Of a stretch of DNA of 64,000 nucleotides, positions 8,594 through 18,396 are shown piece after piece. The notes below the pieces were generated by a model. The model searched no databases. It was not told the origin of the DNA and saw nothing but the letters and a program-made list of their open reading frames with translations. The stretch's first letter is position 1; every line of letters starts with the position of its first letter. Source of the DNA: Acidobacteriota bacterium (GTDB taxonomy: Bacteria; Acidobacteriota; Terriglobia; Terriglobales; Acidobacteriaceae); contig JABBOG010000015.1 of the NCBI GenBank assembly GCA_019351975.1, positions 1,203 to 65,202 on the forward strand. Reading direction: 5' to 3'. A program made the position numbers and the translations under genes.

Positions 8594-10225
8594 CTACTTG
8601 TGTTCCCGATACATCCGGATCAAATTCGCCGTCGACGTGTCATGCATCACCTGCGGCTCGTCCTTCGACTCAATCTCGCCCAGAATCTTCGTCGCCAGCA
8701 CCTTCCCCAGCTCCACGCCCCACTGGTCAAACGAGTCGATCCCCCACATCACTCCCTGCGTAAACACCGAGTGCTCATACAGCGCAATCAGCGATCCCAG
8801 CAGCTTCGGCGTCAACTCCTCCGCAAGGATCGTGTTCGATGGCCGGTTGCCCTCGAACACCTTGTGCGGCACCAGCGCCTCCGGCACGCCCTCGGCCTTC
8901 ACCTCTTCCGCTGTCTTGCCAAACGCCAGCGCCTCGGCCTGCGCAAACACGTTCGCCATCAGCATGTCATGGTGCCGCCCCAGCGGATTCAGCGTCTTGT
9001 AAAACCCGATAAAATCGCACGGAATCAGCCGCGTTCCCTGGTGGATCAGCTGATAAAAACTGTGCTGCCCGTTCGTCCCCGGCTCGCCCCAGTAAATCGG
9101 CCCCGTCTGCGTCTCCACAGGCTTACCGTCCAGCGTTACATGCTTCCCGTTCGACTCCATCGTCAACTGCTGCAGGTACGCCGGAAACCGCTTCAAATAC
9201 TGCTCATACGGCAGAATCGCCTGCGTCTGCGCATCGAAGAAGTCCGTATACCACACCGTCAGCAGACCCATCAGCACCGGCAGATTCTTCTCCAGCGGCG
9301 TCGTCCGGAAGTGCACATCCATCGCGTGGAACCCATCCAGCATCGCGCGGAAGTTCTCCGGCCCGATCGCGATCATCGTGCTCAGTCCAATCGCCGAGTC
9401 CATCGAGTACCGGCCGCCGACCCAATCCCAGAAACCAAACATATTCTCCGTATCGATCCCGAACTTCGCAACCGCCTCCGCGTTCGTCGAGATCGCCACA
9501 AAGTGCTTCGCAATCGCTCGCTCATCTCGCATCGACGTCATCGCCCAATCTCGTGCCGAGTGCGCATTCGTCATCGTCTCCAGCGTCGTGAACGTCTTCG
9601 ACGCGACCAGAAACAGCGTCTCCTCCGCCGACAATCCGCGCACGGCCTCCGCAAAGTCCGTCCCATCTACATTGCTCACGAACACGAAGTTCATATCGCG
9701 CTGCGCATAGTGCTTCAGCGCCTCATACGCCATCACCGGTCCCAGGTCCGACCCGCCGATCCCGATGTTCACCACATTCCGGATGCGCTTGCCCGTATAC
9801 CCCTTCCAGGCACCCGACCGCACGCGGTCTGCAAACTTAGCCATCTTGTCCAGCACCTTGTGCACCTCTGGCACAACGTCCTCACCGTCCACCTTGATCG
9901 ACTCCGACTGCGGCGCACGCAGCGCCACATGGAGCACCGCACGGTTCTCCGTCGTATTGATCTTCTGTCCCGTAAACATCGCCTCGCGATGCTGCTCCAG
10001 CCCTGACTGCTTCGCCAGCTCCACCAGCAGCTTCAGCGTCTCATCCGTCACCCGGTTCTTGGAGTAGTCCAGGAACAGGCCGCAAGCCTCCGCCGTCAAC
10101 CGCGTCCCCCGCTCCGGATCGCTCTTGAACATCTCCTTCATCTGCTGCGGACGGATCGTCGCAACATGTTTTTGGAGGCCCTCCCAGGCCGCGCGCGAAC
10201 TCAGTGCTGCAATCGTTTCACTCAT
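8594..10225 (-). CDS. pgi: Glucose-6-phosphate isomerase
   Basis: [46 protein letters not shown]. Confidence 0.98.
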   Translation of the reverse strand: MSETIAALSSRAAWEGLQKHVATIRPQQMKEMFKSDPERGTRLTAEACGLFLDYSKNRVTDETLKLLVELAKQSGLEQHREAMFTGQKINTTENRAVLHVALRAPQSESIKVDGEDVVPEVHKVLDKMAKFADRVRSGAWKGYTGKRIRNVVNIGIGGSDLGPVMAYEALKHYAQRDMNFVFVSNVDGTDFAEAVRGLSAEETLFLVASKTFTTLETMTNAHSARDWAMTSMRDERAIAKHFVAISTNAEAVAKFGIDTENMFGFWDWVGGRYSMDSAIGLSTMIAIGPENFRAMLDGFHAMDVHFRTTPLEKNLPVLMGLLTVWYTDFFDAQTQAILPYEQYLKRFPAYLQQLTMESNGKHVTLDGKPVETQTGPIYWGEPGTNGQHSFYQLIHQGTRLIPCDFIGFYKTLNPLGRHHDMLMANVFAQAEALAFGKTAEEVKAEGVPEALVPHKVFEGNRPSNTILAEELTPKLLGSLIALYEHSVFTQGVMWGIDSFDQWGVELGKVLATKILGEIESKDEPQVMHDTSTANLIRMYREHK

Positions 10226-10463
10226 GGGTCTAATCTCCTCAACGTGGCGGAGCCGCCCTCAACCTCCAGCAGCCCCTTACACCTCAATTAGACCACCACC
10301 CGCAGCACGACCTATTGGCAATTCCCACAAGCCTCATAACGTCCCTGGAACCCAACTTGGACGCGAAGCCCCCCTTCCGACCGGCACGCAAGCGCTCAAA
10401 ACCACTAAGCCCGCGTTATAAGCCACTAACTCCGCCCGCAAAGCCACTTCATGCGACCAGAAC

Positions 10464-11567
10464 TTACCAGATTCCCTTGTCGCTGCCGGTAATCTTGTAC
10501 CCAATCGCCGCCGCTGTAGCCAGCATCGGCAGCAGCCCCAACCGCGCACTGCTCTCCAGCTCGCGCCGTTGTACCAGCCCATTCAACTGCGAACGGTACA
10601 GCCCCACAGCCTGCGGCATGATCGGAACCCTCAAAAACCCTCCGCCCACATGCATCACACTGCCTCCGAAGCGCGCCATATCTCTAACAAACGAAGGCAG
10701 TTCCAACCCAAACCCACGGTACTGCTGGACATAGTCCGACACCAGCACCATGTACGTCGCAACGCCATCCCAGATGCCCGCCTCCTGCGCCGAACGCCGC
10801 AAATCCTCATAATCAATCACGCCAGAATCGGCCAATCCCGCCGAATCCAGAATGTCGCACAGCCGGAAATAAAAGTGCCGATACATCCGCTGCAACGTCG
10901 AAATCATAATCCTGTCCGACACCGAAGCCACCCAGAACGCCTGCCCTCCAAACTCCAGAAAACGCGCCCTTTCCGGGATCCGCGCTGCAAGCAATAGGTG
11001 TTCGCCGGTCTGTCCCAGTCTGCCCGTGTGCACCTCAACCGGATCAGCCAATCCCGGGATCTCGAAGTTCCACTTCGATGCGAGCCTGTCCCCCCAGCTG
11101 CGCGGCTCAATCTTCGCGCCGAACCTCCGCTGCATCAACGAACATACAGTCTGCGCAGGAGTATTCGTATACAGATCGATATCGCTACCAAAGTCCGGCC
11201 AATGGTCCAACGACTTTATCACCGTCAGGTCCAGCTTCTCTTCTTCAAACGCGTCGCAAATGATACGCAAGAACCCAGTTGCATTCAGGATTCGTGCATT
11301 TTCCTCAACCATCGCCGTCTGCGCCCACTGCGCCCGCTCGTCATTCTGCGCTGCCAACATGAGATTACGAAACAGCTCCATGCCTCGGATTACAACGTGA
11401 TTCCGCTGGGCCATGACCAACAACGCATCGAACTGCACGCGATCCGCACTCCTCAGCGCCGACACCAGCGCAGGCCGCTGCAGCGACACATCGTCGCACA
11501 GAAGCAGTTCGGAAAGGGTGTTCATCATTTCTTTTTGAGACGCTTGCACATCAGACGGGTTTGCCAT
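10464..11567 (-). CDS. Uncharacterised nucleotidyltransferase family protein
   Basis: VIKSLDHWPDFGSDIDL (GS-DxD Pol-beta superfamily motif), VEVH, RLCDILD; start uncertain (11567 or 11648). Confidence 0.75.
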   Translation of the reverse strand: MANPSDVQASQKEMMNTLSELLLCDDVSLQRPALVSALRSADRVQFDALLVMAQRNHVVIRGMELFRNLMLAAQNDERAQWAQTAMVEENARILNATGFLRIICDAFEEEKLDLTVIKSLDHWPDFGSDIDLYTNTPAQTVCSLMQRRFGAKIEPRSWGDRLASKWNFEIPGLADPVEVHTGRLGQTGEHLLLAARIPERARFLEFGGQAFWVASVSDRIMISTLQRMYRHFYFRLCDILDSAGLADSGVIDYEDLRRSAQEAGIWDGVATYMVLVSDYVQQYRGFGLELPSFVRDMARFGGSVMHVGGGFLRVPIMPQAVGLYRSQLNGLVQRRELESSARLGLLPMLATAAAIGYKITGSDKGIW

Positions 11568-11592
11568 TGCGAACTCTTGATTCCTTCCTAAA

Positions 11593-12864
11593 TTACTGCG
11601 GTGTTGTCGAAGTTGTGGACGGGTTAGCTGCAGCAGGTGCTTGCGCATCCGGTTGAGTCGGAGGCGCGGCAGCAGGAGCAGCCTTCGGTGCCGTATCAGT
11701 GTTCACGATTGACCCATCCCTACGCCTCAGATGGTACGCACCCTGTTTTCCACGCTGCTCCTGGCTGTATGCGTCCAGATTCGTATCCATATCGCTATGG
11801 CTCTCTTCCGCAACGGTCGCCAAAGGCAGCCCCTCAGCGGATGGCTTCGTCGCCAGACCGATCTTTGCTCCCGCGTCGTAGGCCAGCTTTGCCCTTTCAT
11901 AGTAAGCTTTCGCTGTTTCGTAATCACCATCGTGCTCAGCAACATAACCCAGATTATTCAGCGTGAAAGCACTCGACGGGTTCAGTGAGTACGCTTCCTG
12001 GAAATCTTTCTTCGCTGTAGCCCAGTCATTCTGGTTCAGCGCCTGAACGCCGCGTATGGAGAGCATGGCGGAGCGAATCTGTCCGAGGTCCATTGTCTTC
12101 ATGCGCTTACGGAGACTCTTCGCACTTGCAGCAGCCATCTGACTCACCGGTTTACCGCGCCATGCCTTGTCCAGCGTGACGACGACCGGCTGGTTTGATC
12201 GCAAGGAGGCCGCTTCGTCGTAGTACTTCAGCGCGCTTTCGAGATCACCCGTAGATTCCTCATCGACACCTAGATTATTCAGCGTAAAGGGATTCTGCGG
12301 CTCGATCGCCAAAGCGTCTTTCAGGATCGCCTCCGCTTCAAAGCCACGATCCTGAGAGAGCAGCTCCATCGCCAGAACGTTCATACGATTGACACGCATG
12401 GGGCTATTCTTCAGCGTACCGAGAGCGTCGTTCATTGGCCTGCCGTCGAGTTCCTTCACATTGCTGCGGTCAATCGTAGCCGTACATGCCTGCTCTTCTG
12501 CGAGCTTGTAGAACTTCTCAGCTTTATCGACCTGCCCTTGCAACTCCGCGGAATAACCGAGATTGGTCAACGTAAATGGATCGCCTGGATCGTACAGATA
12601 CGCTTTGTAGAAATAGTTCTGCGCACTCTCGTAATGATGCCTCAGCAGCGCGTCCACTCCGTCGCGGTTCAACCGCTGTACAGGCGTCATCTCCGTATAA
12701 CGTGGGATCGTAATCTTCAGCATCTTCGCAGCAAAAGACGGTAACGCAACTAGAAAGGACGAGGCGGATACAGCCGCTATCAGCAGGGATCGCGACGATA
12801 CGATCGCGCTAGAACGCCCTGCGCGACGCTGATGCCGAACCTGTTGAAACAAAATGTTGTGCAT
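11593..12864 (-). CDS. Secreted TPR protein with three internal modules
   Basis: Hydrophobic signal ending PSFA; three FTL[TN]NLG TPR units; Pro/Ala-rich tail. Confidence 0.85.
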   Translation of the reverse strand: MHNILFQQVRHQRRAGRSSAIVSSRSLLIAAVSASSFLVALPSFAAKMLKITIPRYTEMTPVQRLNRDGVDALLRHHYESAQNYFYKAYLYDPGDPFTLTNLGYSAELQGQVDKAEKFYKLAEEQACTATIDRSNVKELDGRPMNDALGTLKNSPMRVNRMNVLAMELLSQDRGFEAEAILKDALAIEPQNPFTLNNLGVDEESTGDLESALKYYDEAASLRSNQPVVVTLDKAWRGKPVSQMAAASAKSLRKRMKTMDLGQIRSAMLSIRGVQALNQNDWATAKKDFQEAYSLNPSSAFTLNNLGYVAEHDGDYETAKAYYERAKLAYDAGAKIGLATKPSAEGLPLATVAEESHSDMDTNLDAYSQEQRGKQGAYHLRRRDGSIVNTDTAPKAAPAAAPPTQPDAQAPAAANPSTTSTTPQ

Positions 12865-12882
12865 ACCTTTATGAGTGTTTTT

Positions 12883-12911
12883 GTGACGGATTGGTTTTCT
12901 CGCAATACACT
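12883..12911 (+). promoter_or_regulatory. Putative sigma70 promoter for the DUF5666-like / multicopper oxidase operon
   Basis: GTGACG-N17-TACACT. Confidence 0.4.
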
Positions 12912-12932
12912 TATTTCATTACACGAAAAAAT

Positions 12933-13817
12933 ATGAGCCTCTTACGTCCTAAATCGTCCGTCAGGCATCACATAAAAATGCTTTCTCTCCTTTTGGTTGC
13001 ACTGCTTGGCTGCACAGCTGTGTCTCAGTCTCCTTCGCCCTCAGCAAGTGCCAGCGCCTCAGTTTCACACCCAGCATCCGCACTCCCCAAAATACCCTCA
13101 GGCAAGACGACCGTAATGGGTGGCGTGATTCGCAATGTCGATCCAGTGCGCGACCAATTTACGCTGAAGGTATTTGGTGGTCACCCAGTAAAAATACTCT
13201 TCGACGAGCGCACGCAGGTATATAAGAACGGCAAGAAGATTCCGACGCTCGATCTTCGCGCAGACGATCACGCCTCCGTCCAGACTGCGTCCGATGGCTC
13301 GTCGATCTTTGCTGTCCGCATCAACATGCTGTCTCATCTGCCGACCAGCGACTTTCGGGGCCGAGTCTCTGCATTCAATCCGACAACCCATGCGCTCACG
13401 GTGGTAACGACTCCCGGTAACCAGTCCATGATCATCGAAGTTCCGACGGACACACCGGTATCGAATGTTGGACAGGACGGCTTAGCGAGTCCCGAGCAAG
13501 GATCGATCAGCTTCGTCAATGGATCTCTGGTCGATGTAGAAGTGATGGGTGGTCGCGGAAAAAACGGGGTCGCTTCGCACGTCAACATCCTTGCCGTTCC
13601 CGGCGCTACCTTTGTATTTGCAGGCAAACTCTCCGCGCTGGATGTGCCTGCTGGAAAGCTTTCCGTTCTCGACCCGCGCGACGGCCAATCCTACCCAATC
13701 AAGTTCGGGTCTTCACTACTTGCCACTGCACGCACACTCCATCTAGGTGCTTCCGTCAAGATATCAACCACGTTCGACGGGAAACAGTATGTGGCTAACG
13801 AGATTACGATGGAGTAA
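12933..13817 (+). CDS. Secreted protein with three OB-fold-like (DUF5666-like) repeats
   Basis: Signal peptide, Ser/Pro linker, three units G.V..vd......tv (GVIRNVD, GRVSAFN, GKLSALD); start 12933 or 12978. Confidence 0.7.
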   Translation: MSLLRPKSSVRHHIKMLSLLLVALLGCTAVSQSPSPSASASASVSHPASALPKIPSGKTTVMGGVIRNVDPVRDQFTLKVFGGHPVKILFDERTQVYKNGKKIPTLDLRADDHASVQTASDGSSIFAVRINMLSHLPTSDFRGRVSAFNPTTHALTVVTTPGNQSMIIEVPTDTPVSNVGQDGLASPEQGSISFVNGSLVDVEVMGGRGKNGVASHVNILAVPGATFVFAGKLSALDVPAGKLSVLDPRDGQSYPIKFGSSLLATARTLHLGASVKISTTFDGKQYVANEITME

Positions 13818-15488
13818 ATGCGTTCAAACGATAGGCGCCATTTTCTCAAGCTCTGCATGGCTTCGGTACCAATGCTTGGTCTCACCGATCGGGCATTTGC
13901 CTTTCGGACTTTCGGTGTTCCATCGTCACAAGCACCCGTGCTTCCATCAAATGCGCTCCCGCCATTTGTCGATCCGCTCCCTGTGCTCAAAAAGCACACG
14001 CCTTTCGCGATGCATGGCAAGACTTCCCTCTATCGCATGCGGATGACAGAGTTCCATCAGCAACTGCACTCGCATCTGCCGGCCACAAAGCTGTGGGGTT
14101 ATGAAGCTCAGTATCCGGGCCCGGTCATCGAAGCTATGCGAGGCGAGCCGGTAGAGATTCATTGGGAGAATCATCTCCCCACGACGCACATCTTCAATGT
14201 CGATCCACGTATTCACGGAGCCATGCCGCCCGCGCCTGTAGTCCGAACGGTTCCGCACCTGCACGGATCGAGAACCGCCTCCTACAGCGACGGACTTCCT
14301 GAGAACTGGTTTGTTCCCGGTCAGGCTGTAACCTACTACTATCCGAACGATCAGCAGGCTGCTCCGCTTTGGTATCACGACCATGCAGTTGGCATTACGC
14401 GCCTGAACGTGTATGCGGGCATGTCGGGATTTTACCTGCTCCGCGATGCGCAGGAGCTAGCTATGAACCTTCCCTCCGGTAAGTATGAGGTGCCACTCAT
14501 TCTTCAGGATCGAAATCTCGACGAAGGAGGGCAACTGGTCTATGATCCAACGAACGATGACGGAAAGCACCTTCCGGGCGGCGTCTGGGGACCAGAGTTT
14601 TTTGGCAATCAAGCTGTTGTCAATGGCGCCGTGTGTCCGTACTTCAGCGTCGAACCAACGCAGTATCGTCTCCGCATGCTCAACGCGGCGAACTCACGCT
14701 TCTTCCATCTGTACTTCAATCTCGCGGAACACCCAACCGATATTCCGTCTCTCCACAAGTTTCATCAGATTGGCAGCGACGGCGGTCTGCTTTCCAGCCC
14801 TGTCGTCATGGAAAAAGTATTGCTCGCGCCCGCCGAGCGCGCCGACGTTATCATTGACTTTGCGGGTCTAGAAGGCAAGACCGTAACGCTATCCAATAAC
14901 GCGACGTCGCCCTTTCCTGGATGGGCGAACCTCACCTCTGAATATGCACCGCTCAGTAGCCTGATGCAGTTCAAGGTAACTGTCCCAGCCTCCTCAAACA
15001 GAACCTTCAGCCTGCCACCCTCAATATCTGTGCCGCGTATCGACCCCTCGCAAGCGGTTGTAACGCGCGATTTTGTGCTCGTCGAACGCATGGATGCGCA
15101 GGGCCGATCGCAAGGCGTGCGCATCAATAATCGTGGATATGACGACCCCGTCACTGAGTTTCCAAAGCTCGGCACCATCGAGAAGTGGCGCTTCATCAAT
15201 ACCACCGAAGACGCACACCCGATGCATCTCCATCTCGTGCAATACCAGATCGTTGAACGACAGGGCTTTAATCCTGTCGCCTACGCTCTTGGAAAGTTAC
15301 AGATGGTTGGGCCACCCAGGCCTCCGGCAGCGAATGAAGCCGGCTGGAAAGATACCGCCGTCGTCAACCCCGCAGAGACCCTCACAATAGCCATCAAATT
15401 CGAAGGCTTCACGGGGCGCTACGTGTATCACTGTCATATGCTGGAGCACGAAGACAACGATATGATGCGTCCATTCGAAGTCACCTAA
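13818..15488 (+). CDS. Three-domain multicopper oxidase (CotA/bilirubin oxidase-like), Tat-exported
   Basis: RRHFLK twin-arginine signal; HLHG, WYHDH, HPMHLH, HCHMLEHEDNDMM copper motifs. Confidence 0.96.
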   Translation: MRSNDRRHFLKLCMASVPMLGLTDRAFAFRTFGVPSSQAPVLPSNALPPFVDPLPVLKKHTPFAMHGKTSLYRMRMTEFHQQLHSHLPATKLWGYEAQYPGPVIEAMRGEPVEIHWENHLPTTHIFNVDPRIHGAMPPAPVVRTVPHLHGSRTASYSDGLPENWFVPGQAVTYYYPNDQQAAPLWYHDHAVGITRLNVYAGMSGFYLLRDAQELAMNLPSGKYEVPLILQDRNLDEGGQLVYDPTNDDGKHLPGGVWGPEFFGNQAVVNGAVCPYFSVEPTQYRLRMLNAANSRFFHLYFNLAEHPTDIPSLHKFHQIGSDGGLLSSPVVMEKVLLAPAERADVIIDFAGLEGKTVTLSNNATSPFPGWANLTSEYAPLSSLMQFKVTVPASSNRTFSLPPSISVPRIDPSQAVVTRDFVLVERMDAQGRSQGVRINNRGYDDPVTEFPKLGTIEKWRFINTTEDAHPMHLHLVQYQIVERQGFNPVAYALGKLQMVGPPRPPAANEAGWKDTAVVNPAETLTIAIKFEGFTGRYVYHCHMLEHEDNDMMRPFEVT

Positions 15489-15517
15489 AGCTGATCCGAG
15501 GCTGCCATAAAGAAAAT

Positions 15518-18280
15518 TTATGGAGCGAAGCTCGCAGGCGTGCAGGAACTCGGGCCGCTCGGGGGATCCGTCATCGCAGCAGGAGGCGTCGGCGGGGTCG
15601 ACCAAGGGACGTTATTGAAGTCGAAGAAATCGAGCAGGTTCGGCTGAGCAGCATCACGATTGGTCAAATGCGCCGTCGGGCCGATAAATCTATTTTCCAC
15701 AAACTTCAAGATTGCCGTATGGTCCATCGGAATATGGGAGACGTAATGCGCCCTGGTAAAGGGCGAGATCACCATATTCGGAACTCTGAAACCAAGTTGT
15801 GCAGCAAATCCATGCACTGCCGCTGCATCTGTCGGCTGAGCGCCGGGGTCGTTGTACTGTAGGTCGCAATGTGTCGTCGGAACTCCAGTCGTCGACAGCG
15901 TTGCACCGGTCGACAGGCACGGAGGATACGTATCCGGATTGACTGCAATCGCTGAAATGTCAGGAATTGACGACACAGGCTCGCTACCCACCATCGCATC
16001 TGTATTTTTGTTCGAAGATCCGGGAACGGGCGGGACGTGATCGTAGGGTCCGCCGCCCTCGTCGTACGCGAGGAAGAAGACAGAATCCTTCCAGGCGCTG
16101 CTAGCCATAAGCTTATTCACAATCGTCGAGACTTCAACCTGACCGTTCAGAATTGACTGTCCTGATCCAGGATGCTCATCGTTATTTCCATAGCCGGCTT
16201 CGATGAATGCAAAGCTCGGCAACGTACCATTCTGTAGGTCCGAGTAGTACGTCGACAGTGGCGCGATATGGTTTGTGTCAATGCAGAAGGAATTCGTCGT
16301 ATCGCCCACTGCACTCGATGCTACCGTCGGAGCAACGCAAGCAGGTGCTGAAGTGGCGCCTGCGGGAATAGGATTCTCGTAGAGATACTGATACGAGTAG
16401 GCTAGATATCCAAAGTTTGTCGCCGGATACTCGGAAGAAGCCCCTCCCGCGCAGTCGTCTTCCGAAAGGCAAGCACCCTGCGTGACGGTGTAATAGATCT
16501 TCCAACTGACGTTATTCTGGTCCAACTCCTGAAAGATGTTCGAGATGTTGAGCTGCGGAAGATGGTCATCTCCGCCCGGATCGAACACCAGACCCTGCGT
16601 TGTGCCTCCGGTAAACGTCGCGATACGATTCGGTATGCTCTTGCTGGACAGCGGCGAAAACCAGCGGTCCGAAACGGCAAACTGGGAAGCCATGTAGTAG
16701 TAGTAGTTCAGGAAGCCTTGATCGTAGTATCCCATCGCATGCTGCCCGGTAAGATCCGTAAAAGTTCCAGCGCAACCTACACCATTCGCAGCGTTACAGT
16801 TCTTGGCGTAATTCTCTGCGGTGTGGACAAAACCGTCCATATTGATCGAGCGAGTTGTGCTGAAATCGTAGCGACTCACATCACCATAGCTCTCCAGCCA
16901 GGATGACGTCTCATCGTCAATGCAGGTACTGGTAAATTTGAACAGCGGATACGATGTGCCTTCGTCGCTCTCGTTACTGATCGTCGTCAGCTTGTCGTCA
17001 ATTCCATCGACGCTGTAGTTATTCCCATCGGCGCCCACGTTCCATCCGTTTTTCACACGATACGGATTGAGCATGCCGAAGTAGTTATCGAACGTGTGAT
17101 TCTCCTGCAGCATGAAAATGACGTGATCAATCGACATCAGACTACCTGGAGGTGTCACAGTAACAGTTGCCGCAGCTGTTGCGGACGCTCCAGTACCCGA
17201 AGCTGTAGCTGTGTATACAGTCGTCGCCGTTGGACTCACCGACTCCGTTCCGCCCGTTGCAGATAAGGTATAGCTGGTTCCACCGCCACTCAGAATGACC
17301 TGTGTTGCGTTCGTGGCAACCACGGTAAGGGTTGATGCATTTCCAGTCGTAATCGACGTTGGGCTTGCAACAATCGACACTGTGGCCGCTGGCGCTGCGG
17401 TAACTGTCACAGTCGCTGAGGCCGTTCGCGTTCCTCCAGCACCTGTCGCCGTCGCCGTGTACGTCGAAGTACTCGTGGGGCTAACCTGCATGGTGCCTCC
17501 AGCCGGTTGCAGCGTGAATGTCCCGCTTGGCCCAGTAACCGTCACCTGTGTGGCATTCGTTGCCGTAACGGTCAGGGTGGAACTCGAACCGGAAGCAATT
17601 GAGGTCGGACTCGCGACGATCGTGACAATGGGCACAGCGACGACGTTAATTTGTACGGTCGCGGTGGCTTTGCCTCCCAGCCCCGTCGCGGTTGCAGTAT
17701 AGGTTGTCGTCGCCGATGGACTCACCGACTGCTGGCCGCCGGTCGGAGCAATCGTATAGCTGCTGCCATCGGTACCCGTCACTACAACTTGTGTCGCATT
17801 CGCAGCGACGATCGTCAGTACGGACGAGCTGCCCGCCGAGATTGACGTTGGGTTCGCTGCGATCGTAATCGTAGGTGCAGCAACCGGAGCTGAAACCGTA
17901 ATCGTAGCTGCGGCCGTGGCTGAGGCCTTCCCTGCCGTACCTGTTGCAGTCGCAGTATACGTTGCCGTCGCTGTCGGCGTGACGACATGGGTGCCTCCAC
18001 CAGAAGCGAGCGAGAAACTCGAACCATCCGTTCCCGTCACGCTAACTTGAGTTGCATTTGTCGCAGCCACGGTAAGCGTGGAGCTTGCCCCAACGACAAG
18101 CGACGTCGGATTGGCTGCGATAGTGACCGCTGGCGAAGGAAGTGAACTGGTAGTGACGCTCGCATTCGAGCCGCATCCCGCAAGAAAGCATAGAAACGCA
18201 ATGCAGCCAAATAGAACCACATACTTGCGAAGTTGCGCTGCGCCGGAGGGGTCGCTGCTATGGGGGATCATACATTTCAT
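15518..18280 (-). CDS. Phosphoesterase (phospholipase C/AcpA family) lipoprotein with four Ig-like repeats
   Basis: Lipobox LAGC; HVIFMLQENHTFDNYFG, DEHP, YDEGGGPYDHVPP, GFRVP, DHTAILKFVE. Confidence 0.9.
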   Translation of the reverse strand: MKCMIPHSSDPSGAAQLRKYVVLFGCIAFLCFLAGCGSNASVTTSSLPSPAVTIAANPTSLVVGASSTLTVAATNATQVSVTGTDGSSFSLASGGGTHVVTPTATATYTATATGTAGKASATAAATITVSAPVAAPTITIAANPTSISAGSSSVLTIVAANATQVVVTGTDGSSYTIAPTGGQQSVSPSATTTYTATATGLGGKATATVQINVVAVPIVTIVASPTSIASGSSSTLTVTATNATQVTVTGPSGTFTLQPAGGTMQVSPTSTSTYTATATGAGGTRTASATVTVTAAPAATVSIVASPTSITTGNASTLTVVATNATQVILSGGGTSYTLSATGGTESVSPTATTVYTATASGTGASATAAATVTVTPPGSLMSIDHVIFMLQENHTFDNYFGMLNPYRVKNGWNVGADGNNYSVDGIDDKLTTISNESDEGTSYPLFKFTSTCIDDETSSWLESYGDVSRYDFSTTRSINMDGFVHTAENYAKNCNAANGVGCAGTFTDLTGQHAMGYYDQGFLNYYYYMASQFAVSDRWFSPLSSKSIPNRIATFTGGTTQGLVFDPGGDDHLPQLNISNIFQELDQNNVSWKIYYTVTQGACLSEDDCAGGASSEYPATNFGYLAYSYQYLYENPIPAGATSAPACVAPTVASSAVGDTTNSFCIDTNHIAPLSTYYSDLQNGTLPSFAFIEAGYGNNDEHPGSGQSILNGQVEVSTIVNKLMASSAWKDSVFFLAYDEGGGPYDHVPPVPGSSNKNTDAMVGSEPVSSIPDISAIAVNPDTYPPCLSTGATLSTTGVPTTHCDLQYNDPGAQPTDAAAVHGFAAQLGFRVPNMVISPFTRAHYVSHIPMDHTAILKFVENRFIGPTAHLTNRDAAQPNLLDFFDFNNVPWSTPPTPPAAMTDPPSGPSSCTPASFAP
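17150..18127 (-). repeat. Four tandem ~80-aa Thr/Ala-rich Ig/PKD-like repeats within the phosphoesterase
   Basis: Consensus V.I.A.PTSI..G.SS.LTV.ATNATQV.vtG....ytl...GG...VSPt.TttYTATAtG...A seen four times. Confidence 0.9.
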
Positions 18281-18396
18281 AATGCCCTATTCCGGCACAT
18301 AAAGCTCAGAAAAGGCTAATAAATCCGAAGAGATGTTGATTCGATAAACGAAACAGCGACTATCCCTCACCTCGATGCATATCCTCGGCGCAGGGC

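Noticed and set aside
8600-10006. Long antisense ORFs here and at 41277..42794, 58074..59759, 62075..62782 and 62984..63811
   Set aside because: They are shadows of well-supported genes, produced by high GC and biased third positions; no motifs.
17150-18127. Repeated DNA as a CRISPR array or mobile element
   Set aside because: Repeats are degenerate, in-frame protein domain repeats. No CRISPR, cas, integrase, transposase or tRNA found anywhere in the window.
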